NCBI GenBank assembly: GCA_019058015.1
Contig: JAHLWH010000084.1
Span: 1 to 30,911 of the forward strand
Source of the DNA: Promethearchaeota archaeon
GTDB lineage: Archaea > Asgardarchaeota > Lokiarchaeia > Sigyniarchaeales > SOKP01
Length of the DNA stretch: 30,911 nt
Direction: 5' to 3'
The notes beneath the pieces are model-generated. The model did not search any database. It saw only the letters and a list, made by a program, of their open reading frames with translations, and was not told the origin of the DNA. The translations under genes and the position numbers were made by a program. Of this stretch, positions 16,760-26,943 are shown one piece after another (positions within the stretch are counted from its first letter, which is position 1; each line of letters begins with the position of its first letter).

Positions 16760-18997
16760 TTAACCATATAAACTTTCTTCTGGACCCGCCATTTTATTAG
16801 CTCTCATATAAGATTTCGTATGTTCATCTGCCCGCTTTAGAATTTTATTAATAGCTTCTTCAAAATGTTTTTTTTCAATTTTAATAGTTTCGATTTTTTC
16901 CTGTTCTTCATTAAATATTTGCTTTTGTAAAATTGCTTCTCTAATGGCTAGTAATGTAGCTTCTTCACTTATTGCTTGAACATCTGCACCAGTATAACCA
17001 TCTAATTTTTCCGCTAATTTATCTATATTTACATCATCACCAATTGGCTTTTTTTTTAAATGGATTTTAAATATTTCAATAAGCGCTTCCTTATCCGGTA
17101 AATTAATTTGAACATGTCTCCCAAATCTTCCTGCTCTTAATAGAGCCGGGTCTAACATATCTGGTCTGTTCGTGGCTGCAACTAATACAACATCCCTTAA
17201 TTCTTCTAAACCATCCATTTCAGTTAAAAGTTGAGAAATTACTTTTTCAGTTACCTGAGAACCTATATGCATGCCTCTTATACTTGCAATTGCATCGATC
17301 TCATCGAAAAATATAATACAAGGAGCTGCCATTCTTGCCTTTCTAAAGGTCTTTCTAACGGCTTTTTCGCTCTCTCCAACCCATTTTGAAAAAAATTCAG
17401 GACCTTTTACGGAAATAAAATTTACTTCACTCTCGTGAGCTAAAGCTCTTGCTAATAATGTTTTACCTGTTCCAGGTGGGCCAAATAGTAATATTCCATT
17501 TGGTGGTTTTGAATTCATATGCTTATATAAGTTTGGATATTTAAGTGGCCATTCAATAATCTCTTTTAATTGCTGTTTTGCATCTTCTAATCCGCCAACA
17601 TCATCCCAGGTTTCTTTAGGCGTAGATATTAATACTTCCCTTAATGCCGATGGTTCAATACTAGTGAGTGCTTGATTAAAATCCTCCATCGTAATCTGAA
17701 TTTTATTTAAAATCTCTGCTGGTATTGGTTTCTCCATATCTATTTCGGGTAAAATACGCCTTAAACTTAACATAGCTGATTCTTTAGCTAATGCTTCAAT
17801 ATCTGCTCCTACAAATCCATGGGTTCTATCGGCTAATTCTTCTAAGTCAACATCCTTATATAAGGGCATTCCTCTTGTATGAATTTGTAAGATTTCATAT
17901 CGTCCGTCTCTATTTGGAACACCAATAACGATTTCTCTATCAAACCTGCCTGGACGTCTTAATGCCTCGTCAATATCATTCACTCTATTTGTAGCTCCAA
18001 TAACAATTATTTCTCCTCTCGATTCTAAACCATCCATAAGAGATAACAATTGAGCAACAACCCTTCTCTCAACTTCTCCAGTAACTTCACCTCTCTTTGG
18101 AGCTATAGAATCTAATTCATCAATAAAAATAATCGAAGGAGCATTTTTTTTCGCGTCTTCAAAAATATTTCTTAAATTTTCTTCACTTTGCCCATAAAAT
18201 TTACTCATTATCTCTGGACCTGAAATAGTTATGAAATGAGCATCTGTTTCATAAGCAACTGCTCTTGCTAATAACGTTTTACCCGTTCCTGGTGGTCCAT
18301 GCAAGAGAACTCCTTTTGGTGGAGATATGCCCGCTCTTTTAAATAATTCTGGATGTCTCATCGGTAACTCAATCATTTCTCTAATTTTTCTAATCTCTTC
18401 ATATAACCCTCCGATATCTTCATAAGTCACTCGTAACTTTTCAGCAGCTTCGATTTCCTCTATGGCTTTCTCTGAAACTATTATTTTAGTCTTAGTATGA
18501 ATTCTAACTGCTTCAGCTTGAGGAGTAAATTTTATAATCATAAAATCAAATCTTTGTCCCATTGCATAAAAACTAATGATATCTCCTTTTGTAACCACAC
18601 GATTATCTAATAAATTTGCTAATGCTTTTGAATCCCTTATAACTACTGGCCTTCCAATTGAAGCAAACGTAATAGTTCCTGCCAGTTTCGCTTCTATTTT
18701 TCTTATAGTAACCCAATCATCAATAGAAGCGCCAAGATTTCGCCTTAATGAACTGTCTAATCTAATGATACTCGATCCAACATCTACTTGTCGGCCAGGA
18801 TATAATAATCCAGCTGTGCTTTTGTCTTTATTCTCATTATAAACTTCAATTACATCTCCTGTTCCTAAATTGTGTTTTCTAGATATCATTGGATCTATAC
18901 GTAAAATACCACGACCAGAATCTTCTTTTAATGCATCAGCAATCCTAAGATAATCCTTCTCTTTATTTTTATTTGATATTGAACTCAAAATTTTCAC
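16760..18997 (-). CDS. cdc48: CDC48/VCP-family AAA+ ATPase
   Basis: N-domain plus two AAA modules: GPPGTGKT twice, IIFIDELD and [20 protein letters not shown] and ALLRAGRF. C-terminal ...LYG. The true start may be TTG 18988. Confidence 0.95.
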   Translation of the reverse strand: MKILSSISNKNKEKDYLRIADALKEDSGRGILRIDPMISRKHNLGTGDVIEVYNENKDKSTAGLLYPGRQVDVGSSIIRLDSSLRRNLGASIDDWVTIRKIEAKLAGTITFASIGRPVVIRDSKALANLLDNRVVTKGDIISFYAMGQRFDFMIIKFTPQAEAVRIHTKTKIIVSEKAIEEIEAAEKLRVTYEDIGGLYEEIRKIREMIELPMRHPELFKRAGISPPKGVLLHGPPGTGKTLLARAVAYETDAHFITISGPEIMSKFYGQSEENLRNIFEDAKKNAPSIIFIDELDSIAPKRGEVTGEVERRVVAQLLSLMDGLESRGEIIVIGATNRVNDIDEALRRPGRFDREIVIGVPNRDGRYEILQIHTRGMPLYKDVDLEELADRTHGFVGADIEALAKESAMLSLRRILPEIDMEKPIPAEILNKIQITMEDFNQALTSIEPSALREVLISTPKETWDDVGGLEDAKQQLKEIIEWPLKYPNLYKHMNSKPPNGILLFGPPGTGKTLLARALAHESEVNFISVKGPEFFSKWVGESEKAVRKTFRKARMAAPCIIFFDEIDAIASIRGMHIGSQVTEKVISQLLTEMDGLEELRDVVLVAATNRPDMLDPALLRAGRFGRHVQINLPDKEALIEIFKIHLKKKPIGDDVNIDKLAEKLDGYTGADVQAISEEATLLAIREAILQKQIFNEEQEKIETIKIEKKHFEEAINKILKRADEHTKSYMRANKMAGPEESLYG

Positions 18998-19113
18998 CTA
19001 TAATATGATCTTTTAAATTAATTTAATTAAATTTCTTGTTAAGATTTAAATAAATATTAATTATAAAAAAAAATAATTTTCCTATTTTTTTCTCAAATTT
19101 TTTAATTTTACTT

Positions 19114-19713
19114 CTATTTTTTACGTTTAAACTTTAAGCATGCAATACCGTTCTTTAATTCTAAAGTATATTCTTTAATATTAAGCTTTGTAGGCAATTT
19201 AATTTCCTTATAAAACTTTCTACCATCTCTCTTAGCCTCTATTGTTAATTCTTCTCCTTTCTCATCAAAATTCAACTTAAGATCTTCCTTTTCAACGCCT
19301 GGAAGCTCTAAACAAATTTCAATTTGATCTTCAAAATCCGTAATTTCTGTATATGGTTCGATACTGGCTTTTAACTCTCTTATCTCTTCCTTACTTTCAG
19401 GTACTAATGATATTTTCTTTATCGTAGGTCGTTCTGTAATGAATTTCGGAATCCCTTTTAAGAATTTAGAAAGCATTTCATCATCAACATCTCCATTTAC
19501 CCTAATCTCAGGTTTATCCATCCCCGTTTGATAATGATATGATATAGAATACGACTTTGTATTATTCTTCTTGAAATTAAGATCTTTATCTAAATCAATT
19601 CTTGGAGACACTGAAAAATCCGAAAAACCGAAATCTTTATCGAAAAAATCTGAAAAACCTTCAAATAAATTACGAAATCTTTTCATAAATCTCTTATAAT
19701 CATCATTATTCAT
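19114..19713 (-). CDS. hsp20: Small heat-shock protein (Hsp20/alpha-crystallin), archaeal type
   Basis: EPYTEI..., LELPGVEKEDL, RKFYKEIKLP and LKNGIA motifs, Phe-rich N-terminus, GAGGT SD. Confidence 0.9.
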   Translation of the reverse strand: MNNDDYKRFMKRFRNLFEGFSDFFDKDFGFSDFSVSPRIDLDKDLNFKKNNTKSYSISYHYQTGMDKPEIRVNGDVDDEMLSKFLKGIPKFITERPTIKKISLVPESKEEIRELKASIEPYTEITDFEDQIEICLELPGVEKEDLKLNFDEKGEELTIEAKRDGRKFYKEIKLPTKLNIKEYTLELKNGIACLKFKRKK

Positions 19714-19741
19714 TTTTTTTTACCTCTAATCCTCTTCAATT

Positions 19742-19788
19742 ATTAATTGTCAATTAATGATTGTCAATCAACCCTTATAAATGTTTCG
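19742..19788 (-). promoter_or_regulatory. hsp20 operon promoter (BRE/TATA) with two palindromic operator sites
   Basis: Minus strand CGAAA-CA-TTTATAA (19788-19775). Immediately downstream are TGATTG-W-CAATCA (19758-19770) and ATTAATTG-W-CAATTAAT (19742-19758), centres 14 bp apart. Confidence 0.75.
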
Positions 19789-19984
19789 ATTATAAAAATA
19801 ATATTCTCTAATGATAAATTGGATCTAAAAATCAAGGTTAAATAAAAAAGAGTATAAAAATATAACTAACATTTTTCTAATTCCTCATGGATTTTTAATG
19901 AAAACATAGAAAGAGAGCTATTTCAAAAAAATAAAAATCTTCGAAAAATGATTATATTTTTGAGAAGAAAATTTTAATAGTGTT

Positions 19985-20848
19985 TTAATTTTTTTCTTTT
20001 AATTTTATTATGAATCTATAAACAGAACCCCACATATAATCATCTTCTCTTTCTTTTACCTCGAAGTTATTGGTATGTAACCAGTTTTTTAAAGCTTCCT
20101 TTGTTTTATTATTATAATCTCCAGTGATTTCTCCTTCATAGAATCCATCGATTTTTAAAATCTCTTTTACGGTTTTCATCATATCTCCCTCTAACTTGAT
20201 AATGTCGTTGGGATCATCTCTTTGAAGCAAGCACATATCGTAAATCTCAAACACTTTTCGCAGCTCATTGAGGGGATTAGGGTTCTCATCAACTCGAATG
20301 TTAATATATCTATCTGTACCTCCATCATATGCACCTTTCTCTTTTACTATTAGAATTGCAGCTGATTCTCGACCTCTCTTATCACCACCCTGTTCTTGTC
20401 CGGCTTCTAATGTGGCAAATAGTTTTTCTATCAAATCACCCTTAGTCTCCAGAAATGCCTTTGACATTGCTGATACGACCCTTTCTGAAGCTAAAATATT
20501 TCCTTGGCATGCATGGTTTTTTCCGATTATATGTCCCGCCCAATCAAAGCATTCTTTTCCGGTAAATGATGCTGTGTTACCATAAGAATCTACAACACCT
20601 ACCTGTCTTTGTTCTTTTAGATCATCATGCTCAATCAATTTTTCAATCGTTTCTTCAGCTGTGAGACCCTCTTTAAGTAATGATAATCCCTTAGGACCAT
20701 AACTGGTATTAGCATAAGCTTGAGTTGCAATTGCTCCAACACCTGCCTTTGCAAATGGGACTATTGCTCCTACAGCAACAAATTTTGATTGAACTGCAAC
20801 ACCCCATTCATTATTTTTTGGGTCATATGCCACAATTGAAAATGTCAT
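19985..20848 (-). CDS. DUF1028 Ntn-hydrolase-family protein with C-terminal peptidoglycan-binding-like helical domain
   Basis: MTFSIVA start (ATG 20848), GVAVQS, GAIATQA, RQVGVVD, QGNILA, GGDKRGRESAA and IRVDE..P..EL motifs. Confidence 0.88.
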   Translation of the reverse strand: MTFSIVAYDPKNNEWGVAVQSKFVAVGAIVPFAKAGVGAIATQAYANTSYGPKGLSLLKEGLTAEETIEKLIEHDDLKEQRQVGVVDSYGNTASFTGKECFDWAGHIIGKNHACQGNILASERVVSAMSKAFLETKGDLIEKLFATLEAGQEQGGDKRGRESAAILIVKEKGAYDGGTDRYINIRVDENPNPLNELRKVFEIYDMCLLQRDDPNDIIKLEGDMMKTVKEILKIDGFYEGEITGDYNNKTKEALKNWLHTNNFEVKEREDDYMWGSVYRFIIKLKEKN

Positions 20849-21011
20849 AATAAATTTCATTTATTTTATTAGATCATATTTTAAAAATGAAATTATACTT
20901 TAAAGAAGTAGCATTAAATATTGGTTAAAAGTTATTTTGATGAATTTTAATAATATCAATACAGAAAACTAGATTTTTACTATTTATTATTTTATCTTTG
21001 GAGTGATTTAG

Positions 21012-21884
21012 ATGGAGATATATTTCCGGCAATTAAAAATTGAAGATATTCCTGCTATTAAAGATATTAGCAAAGATATCTGGGAAGGCGATGATTATAT
21101 TCCAAATGTTATAGAAGAGTGGCTTCAACAAAAGGAATGTATAAATTATGGAGCTTTTAAAGATGAAGAAAAAAAAATTTTAATTGGATTTGGGAGGATT
21201 AAAATAATGTCAAAAGATTTGGTGTGGTTGGAAGGTGGACGAGTAAAATTTTCGCTTCAACACCAAGGGATTGGCAAGGAGATGATAAAATATGCATTGG
21301 AATATGCTAGACAAATTAATGCAAAAACTGCTCAATATAGTACTTGGTCTAAAAATTTTGATTCAATTTCGCTTGCTAAAAAATTTGGATTTCAAAAAAA
21401 GAAGATTATGAATATCCTTGAATCAAATATAAAGACACTCAAGCTGATTAACAACCCTCCTTCAGAAGTTGAGAATATCACAGCGAAAGAAGCATTAAAA
21501 ATATATAGAAATATACCAAATGGTCCAGGAGATGAATTGTGTGTTGGTTGGTCCTATATCCCATTAAAATTAGAATATTTTGTGAATAAAAATTGGTCTT
21601 GGATAAGAAACTCCGGAGCGATTTTACAAAAAATTGAATTTAAAAGAACACACTTTCAAGAAGATCCAAAAAATAATGAAATTTGGATGATTGTTTATGG
21701 AAAACCAACAGCAGTACGCGAGTTATTACAACATATTATTCAAATTGATCTTCAAACTAAAAATTTTGAGAAATTCGTAGTTTTTTGTCATCCTGAAATT
21801 ACAGCAATTATTAAAGAAATTGGATTCTCATATTATGACGACGATCTCTCCGGTGTGTTACTGTTTGAAAAACATTTGGGCTAA
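21012..21884 (+). CDS. GNAT-family N-acetyltransferase
   Basis: IWEGDDYIP, WLEGGRV...QHQGIG acetyl-CoA motif and N..SI.LA.KFGF. Confidence 0.85.
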   Translation: MEIYFRQLKIEDIPAIKDISKDIWEGDDYIPNVIEEWLQQKECINYGAFKDEEKKILIGFGRIKIMSKDLVWLEGGRVKFSLQHQGIGKEMIKYALEYARQINAKTAQYSTWSKNFDSISLAKKFGFQKKKIMNILESNIKTLKLINNPPSEVENITAKEALKIYRNIPNGPGDELCVGWSYIPLKLEYFVNKNWSWIRNSGAILQKIEFKRTHFQEDPKNNEIWMIVYGKPTAVRELLQHIIQIDLQTKNFEKFVVFCHPEITAIIKEIGFSYYDDDLSGVLLFEKHLG

Positions 21885-22019
21885 AAAAAATAATAATAAT
21901 TTCTATATTTCAACTTGTAGTGAATGCTTTATAATAAGTGAAATAATTAAAATCACCTACAATAAAAAGAACTTACGTTGTATTACATAGCAGTATTAGA
22001 TATATAATGAATATTTTAG

Positions 22020-22032
22020 AAAAAAAAAAAAA
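22020..22032 (-). terminator. Oligo-T terminator candidate for the acyl-CoA ligase gene
   Basis: A13 on the plus strand (T13 on minus) directly after the stop at 22033. Confidence 0.5.
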
Positions 22033-23766
22033 TTACATTTTTCTTAAAGCTTTTTTATCAATTTTACCAACAGAAGTTAAGGGCATTTGTTCAAGAATTT
22101 CTATTAATTTAGGTACCTTATATTTGGCTAAATTTTCTTCAGCAAATTTTAAAATGTCTGCTTTTACTTCTTTAGAGTCTTTATATCCTTCTTTTAGAAG
22201 TACAAATAATTTTACTATTTCAGAGCCAGGACGGTCTGGGTCAGGAAGGCCAACGGTAGATGCAAGTTCAATTGCTGGATGTTTATTCATTTTATCATCA
22301 ACCTCAACACTGAAAACTTTATAACCGCTAACTATTATCATATCTTTTGTTCGGTCAACTATTTTTACATAACCATCTTCATCCATTATCCCAACATCTC
22401 CAGAATAAAACCATCCGTCTTTTAGAGCATTTTTTGTCTCCTCTGGTTTATTCCAATAACCTTTAAAAATTTGAGGACCTCTTATAACAATCTCACCAGC
22501 CTTACCAATAGGTACTTGTTTTTCTCTATCACTAACATCTACCAATTTTATTTCTGTATTTGGAAGAGGAACACCAACAGTTCCAATTTTTTTTTCCCCA
22601 AGATAGGGATTCATGGTAACACCGGGAGATGCCTCTGTCATACCGTAAGCTTCTAATACTTTACTTTTTCCAACTACTTCTTCAAATTCTTTGATACTTT
22701 CTGTTGCAAAAGGAGCTGCGCCAGAAATAAAAGCTTTGATAGAACTGAAATCTAACTTTTTAAATTTTCGATTGGTTAAAAGCATTAAATAAAGAGTGGG
22801 AACGTTATATGCTAAGGAAATTTTACCTTCATATTCTTTCATTTTATTTGTAATATAACCTGTATCCCTGGGATTAGCTACTAAGATTTGAGCTGCCGCG
22901 TTATATATAGTTTGTAAATTGAATTGTAATCCCGCTAAATGAAAGAAAGGAAATCCAGAAATATAATAAGCATCTCCTGGATTAGCAGCTGGTTCAAACC
23001 AATGATAAATTAATTGCATCATCGATATCATATTTTCATGTGTAAGTATTGCTCCCTTTGGAGGACCGGTGGTTCCACCTGTATATTGAAGTAATGCGAT
23101 ATCTTTTTTGGGATCAATTTTAATTTCAGGAGTTTTTTCACTTGAATAGTTTGCTAAAATTTCTTTAAAGGTAAAGAATTTTATACCTTCTATTGGTACG
23201 ACTTCACCGTAAGGAATTTTACCGATTTTTATTAATTGTTCTTTCATTTCTGGCTCTAAATCCAAAGTATCTGCAATATTTGTTGTTATCACGATTTTAA
23301 CATCGGTCCCTCCCATAGAAAGAGCTTCACGCACATTTTCTTCATAAAAAGAATCCATTGTTATTAGAGCAACTGCTCCGCTGTCTTTTAATTGATAGGA
23401 TATTTCATTTGATTTTAAAAGAAAATTCATACCACTTTGAACACATCCAGCGTAAAAGGTTCCAAATAGGGCAATAATATATTGAGGACAATTAGGTAGA
23501 TTTATTACAACTCTGTCGCCCTTTTTTACACCATTCTCTACAAGAAAATTAGCAAAACTATTAATTAATTTTTCTGCTTCCTGAAATGTTTTACAATCTC
23601 CTTGAAAATCGTAGCAAAGGCTATTTGGAAATTCTCTTGCTGTTTTCTTCATCATATCAGCCAAAGACATTAACTCTAAATCAATCTCTGGCTTTACATG
23701 CTCATCATAAGATTTTAACCATATTTTTGAAGCATAGGGACTTTTTTCGTTAGAATTTTTACTCAT
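22033..23766 (-). CDS. Long-chain-fatty-acid--CoA ligase (AMP-binding family)
   Basis: QYTGGTTGPPKGA, YGMTEASP, GWFYSGDVG, IVDRTKDMIIVSG and LPLTSVGK-type (MPLTSVGKI) motifs. Confidence 0.92.
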   Translation of the reverse strand: MSKNSNEKSPYASKIWLKSYDEHVKPEIDLELMSLADMMKKTAREFPNSLCYDFQGDCKTFQEAEKLINSFANFLVENGVKKGDRVVINLPNCPQYIIALFGTFYAGCVQSGMNFLLKSNEISYQLKDSGAVALITMDSFYEENVREALSMGGTDVKIVITTNIADTLDLEPEMKEQLIKIGKIPYGEVVPIEGIKFFTFKEILANYSSEKTPEIKIDPKKDIALLQYTGGTTGPPKGAILTHENMISMMQLIYHWFEPAANPGDAYYISGFPFFHLAGLQFNLQTIYNAAAQILVANPRDTGYITNKMKEYEGKISLAYNVPTLYLMLLTNRKFKKLDFSSIKAFISGAAPFATESIKEFEEVVGKSKVLEAYGMTEASPGVTMNPYLGEKKIGTVGVPLPNTEIKLVDVSDREKQVPIGKAGEIVIRGPQIFKGYWNKPEETKNALKDGWFYSGDVGIMDEDGYVKIVDRTKDMIIVSGYKVFSVEVDDKMNKHPAIELASTVGLPDPDRPGSEIVKLFVLLKEGYKDSKEVKADILKFAEENLAKYKVPKLIEILEQMPLTSVGKIDKKALRKM

Positions 23767-23912
23767 TTTTGATCAATTTAAAAATTTATTTTATTGATTT
23801 TGATTAATTTTAATAATAAGATTTGCGATAAATTAATATTTAAAATTAATTATAATACTTCAATTTACTACTTGACTTTTGTGAAAAAAAAATGAATTAG
23901 TATTGAGGATTA

Positions 23913-24713
23913 TTAAAATTCATGGGTATCAGATATAATTCTTCCACCATCGACAATTATACACTCACCATTAATGTAAGATGAATCATCGCTAGCTAAA
24001 AACAAGGCTACATTGGCAATTTCTTCAACTGTACAAGCCCTTTTTTGGGGATAAGTTTTAGCAATTCCTTCAATCCATTGCTCGACTTCTTCTGGGGTTC
24101 GATTGCCCTCTGAATTTGCAATTCTGACAAATCCCGGACAAATAGCATTTGCCCGAATTTGAGGAGCAAAATCTATAGCTATTGTTCTTGTTAAGGAATT
24201 GATTGCTGCTTTCGTCACAGGATAGACACTAAAATTTTTCAAAACCTTAAAAGCTGCAGCTGATGAGATATTTACTATAGTTCCTCCACCACCTTTCAGC
24301 ATCAATGGGATTGCATATTTAGCAACCCTGAAATAACCATTTAAATTAACATCAATAATATAATTCCAATCCTCCTCCGATATTTCTGCAATATTTTTAA
24401 ATATATCACCTTCATAAGAAGCAGCACAATTCACTAGACAATTTAATCTCCCAAATTTTTGATCCGTAATTTCTATTGCTTTTTTAATCTCATTCGTTTT
24501 TGTAACATCTGTTTTTACAAATAAGCCTTCACCGCCATTTTCCCTTATTTTATCAATAGTTTTTTTACCCATTTCTTCTAAAATATCAATAACCACTACC
24601 TTAGCACCTTCGGAAGCAAATTTAAATGCAATTGCACTCCCAATTGATGGACCGCCACTCTTATAGCCTAATGCACCTCCGGTGACTAAAGCCACTTTAT
24701 TTTGCATCTTCAT
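23913..24713 (-). CDS. Short-chain dehydrogenase/reductase (SDR)
   Basis: KVALVTGG.......SIG with a 7-aa insert, VNISS, catalytic YPVTK, NAICPG and VDGG. ATG 24713 is preferred over TTG 24722. Confidence 0.9.
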   Translation of the reverse strand: MKMQNKVALVTGGALGYKSGGPSIGSAIAFKFASEGAKVVVIDILEEMGKKTIDKIRENGGEGLFVKTDVTKTNEIKKAIEITDQKFGRLNCLVNCAASYEGDIFKNIAEISEEDWNYIIDVNLNGYFRVAKYAIPLMLKGGGGTIVNISSAAAFKVLKNFSVYPVTKAAINSLTRTIAIDFAPQIRANAICPGFVRIANSEGNRTPEEVEQWIEGIAKTYPQKRACTVEEIANVALFLASDDSSYINGECIIVDGGRIISDTHEF

Positions 24714-24849
24714 ATTAGTCAATATTTTTACATCTCAATATAAAGTTGTGTTTTTTCTATTAAAGGAAATATTAAGAATATTTTACGCAATTTTACAATA
24801 ATTAATTGTTATATAAAATTGAAGTGTGTGCAAGTAAATTGAAATTTCA

Positions 24850-26652
24850 TTAATTAGAATAATATTTCGAAATAAGGGAATCTATTATTTTTTCATTTAA
24901 ATCAAATAAAGTAAAAATTAATTTATCAATATCTCTTTTATATAATTCTATTTTTCCTAAATCTTGCAAGGAATTGGTAATTAATTCTTTTGAAAGTTTT
25001 CGAATAATTTTATAAATGTCTCTTTTTTCTTGAGTCTTAAGATTCTCATAACTGATAATAGGTATCTCATTTTCAAGCTTACTTTTGGATCTTTTAATTT
25101 CTAATCCTTTCGCGTAAAAAATGAATTTCATTAATTTAGAATTTAAATAGGCAATTAAAAAAAGATAATCCGCTTTCTTTCCATCATTGTGTAAAAAATA
25201 GGTATCTGATGTGGCATAAAAAGGAACTCTTGCAAATCCAAATACATTTTCCTTTGAAATATAGGAAAAAAATATTTTCTTTTGGTTCTCATAATAAGGT
25301 TCTAAGTATTCAATTCCACTTTTATTTCTCAAGTTATGAATTTTAAAACCACGTCTTGGAAATAGCCAATTTCTTGGAGATTCTTTGCATTTAATTAAGG
25401 TGTTTTTCAGTTCATCTTCAAATTGATATAAATATCTCATTAAAACCGGGTATTTTTTATCTGGGTTAAAATTATCAGATTGAAATTCAATCTTATCAAA
25501 AAATATCATCCATCCTAAATAATCATCTTCAATAAAACCATACGGACGAATGGCTCTTCCTTTATATATTTTCTTCAAGCGATTTTTTTCAAATTCATTT
25601 AGTTTTAAATGATCTTTTTCTATTTTGAGGAAAAAATCTCCATTTTTTCTAATGATATCCTCATTTTCCTTCAAAATAAATATTCTATCTTTAATAGAAA
25701 TTATACCATTTCTTATTTGAAAGAAATCTTTTAGATAAATAACTTTCCCACTCTCATTTTTACATGTATTCTCGATTTTATCTATAATTACTTTTACCTC
25801 CCAAGGAAAAAGAAGATTCCAACTCCCATTTTTTTTCAAATTTTGATTTGTTATCGCACTATCATAAGATATACAGTTAAGATCAGCAGATTGGAAAATA
25901 GAATTACAATCTTGAAATTTCGAGCTGTTCTTGAATTGAATAATTTTAATTTTTTTATCTATTTTATTTGTTTTTTCCTCGTTGTTTTTCTTTTGTAAGA
26001 TGAAAATGCAATTATCCTGCCCCGGAGCGTCTTTAAAAACTTTCAAATTTGATAAATCTACATAAGTCTTGAGAAAACATTCTTCTATAATATGGGGTTT
26101 TAATTTTGCAACACCTGTTTTTTCTCCCTTTTTTATCCAATAATTCGTCGTAATGAAGCATAATAAACCTCCAGGTCTTAATTTTCGAATACCTAAATGA
26201 AGAAACCAGTAAAATAAATCCATATTTCCACAAAAAAACTCTTTACAAATTGGATATTTACGAATGTAACCTTGGAATATTTCTGAAGCATAATTTTGTC
26301 CAAGATAAGGAGGGTTTCCTATTATTAAATCATATTTTTCCTCTTCACTTGATTCTAAAAAATTAGAATTTTTTAATTTAATATTGTTTCCAAATTTATT
26401 TTTTAGCATATTATAATAATATTTATCAATTTCAAACGCTGTAATGTTTTTAAAACCATATTCGATGAGTGTTTCAAGAAAAGCACCATCGCCAGCCGCA
26501 GGTTCTAAAAGAGATAAATTTAAAACTATAAAATCATCCAATTTATTCTCCTCTTTAAACTCCTCCATTACCAAATTTACCATAAATTCGGTAATCGAGG
26601 TGGAGGTAAAATATTGACCAAAGTTTTGTTTCTGACTGGCTTTTAAAGTCAT
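24850..26652 (-). CDS. Gamma-class N6-adenine DNA methyltransferase (Eco57I/TaqI-like) with target-recognition domain, no nuclease domain
   Basis: GQYFT (motif X), LEPAAGDGAF (motif I), IIGNPPY (motif IV), DLFYWF and the TaqI_C-like YLNSKL region. Confidence 0.88.
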   Translation of the reverse strand: MTLKASQKQNFGQYFTSTSITEFMVNLVMEEFKEENKLDDFIVLNLSLLEPAAGDGAFLETLIEYGFKNITAFEIDKYYYNMLKNKFGNNIKLKNSNFLESSEEEKYDLIIGNPPYLGQNYASEIFQGYIRKYPICKEFFCGNMDLFYWFLHLGIRKLRPGGLLCFITTNYWIKKGEKTGVAKLKPHIIEECFLKTYVDLSNLKVFKDAPGQDNCIFILQKKNNEEKTNKIDKKIKIIQFKNSSKFQDCNSIFQSADLNCISYDSAITNQNLKKNGSWNLLFPWEVKVIIDKIENTCKNESGKVIYLKDFFQIRNGIISIKDRIFILKENEDIIRKNGDFFLKIEKDHLKLNEFEKNRLKKIYKGRAIRPYGFIEDDYLGWMIFFDKIEFQSDNFNPDKKYPVLMRYLYQFEDELKNTLIKCKESPRNWLFPRRGFKIHNLRNKSGIEYLEPYYENQKKIFFSYISKENVFGFARVPFYATSDTYFLHNDGKKADYLFLIAYLNSKLMKFIFYAKGLEIKRSKSKLENEIPIISYENLKTQEKRDIYKIIRKLSKELITNSLQDLGKIELYKRDIDKLIFTLFDLNEKIIDSLISKYYSN

Positions 26653-26859
26653 ATTTGGAATTTAATTATTTTATCTCTTTTAAAATATCGAAAATATCTT
26701 CATATGATACTATAAAAATATTTAAAATCTATTAAAGTTCTAAAATTCTTTAAGATTAAATATATAATTATGTGAATTTTTATTGCATTTTTTTAATTCT
26801 ATAGTTTTTACTCAATAAGTATAATCTTTTTAAGCTATAGGTCTTTTTTATTAATGATA

Positions 26860-26923
26860 ATACTAAATTCTAAAAAAGTCATACTAAATATTGAAATGTT
26901 TTTTGTATAAAGTAAATACAAAA
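26860..26923 (+). promoter_or_regulatory. Candidate operator elements upstream of the chelatase operon
   Basis: Inverted repeat TTTTGTAT-N7-ATACAAAA (26901-26923), and direct repeat ATACTAAAT at 26860 and 26881. Confidence 0.4.
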
Positions 26924-26943
26924 CTTATGTTTAAACTATTAAA

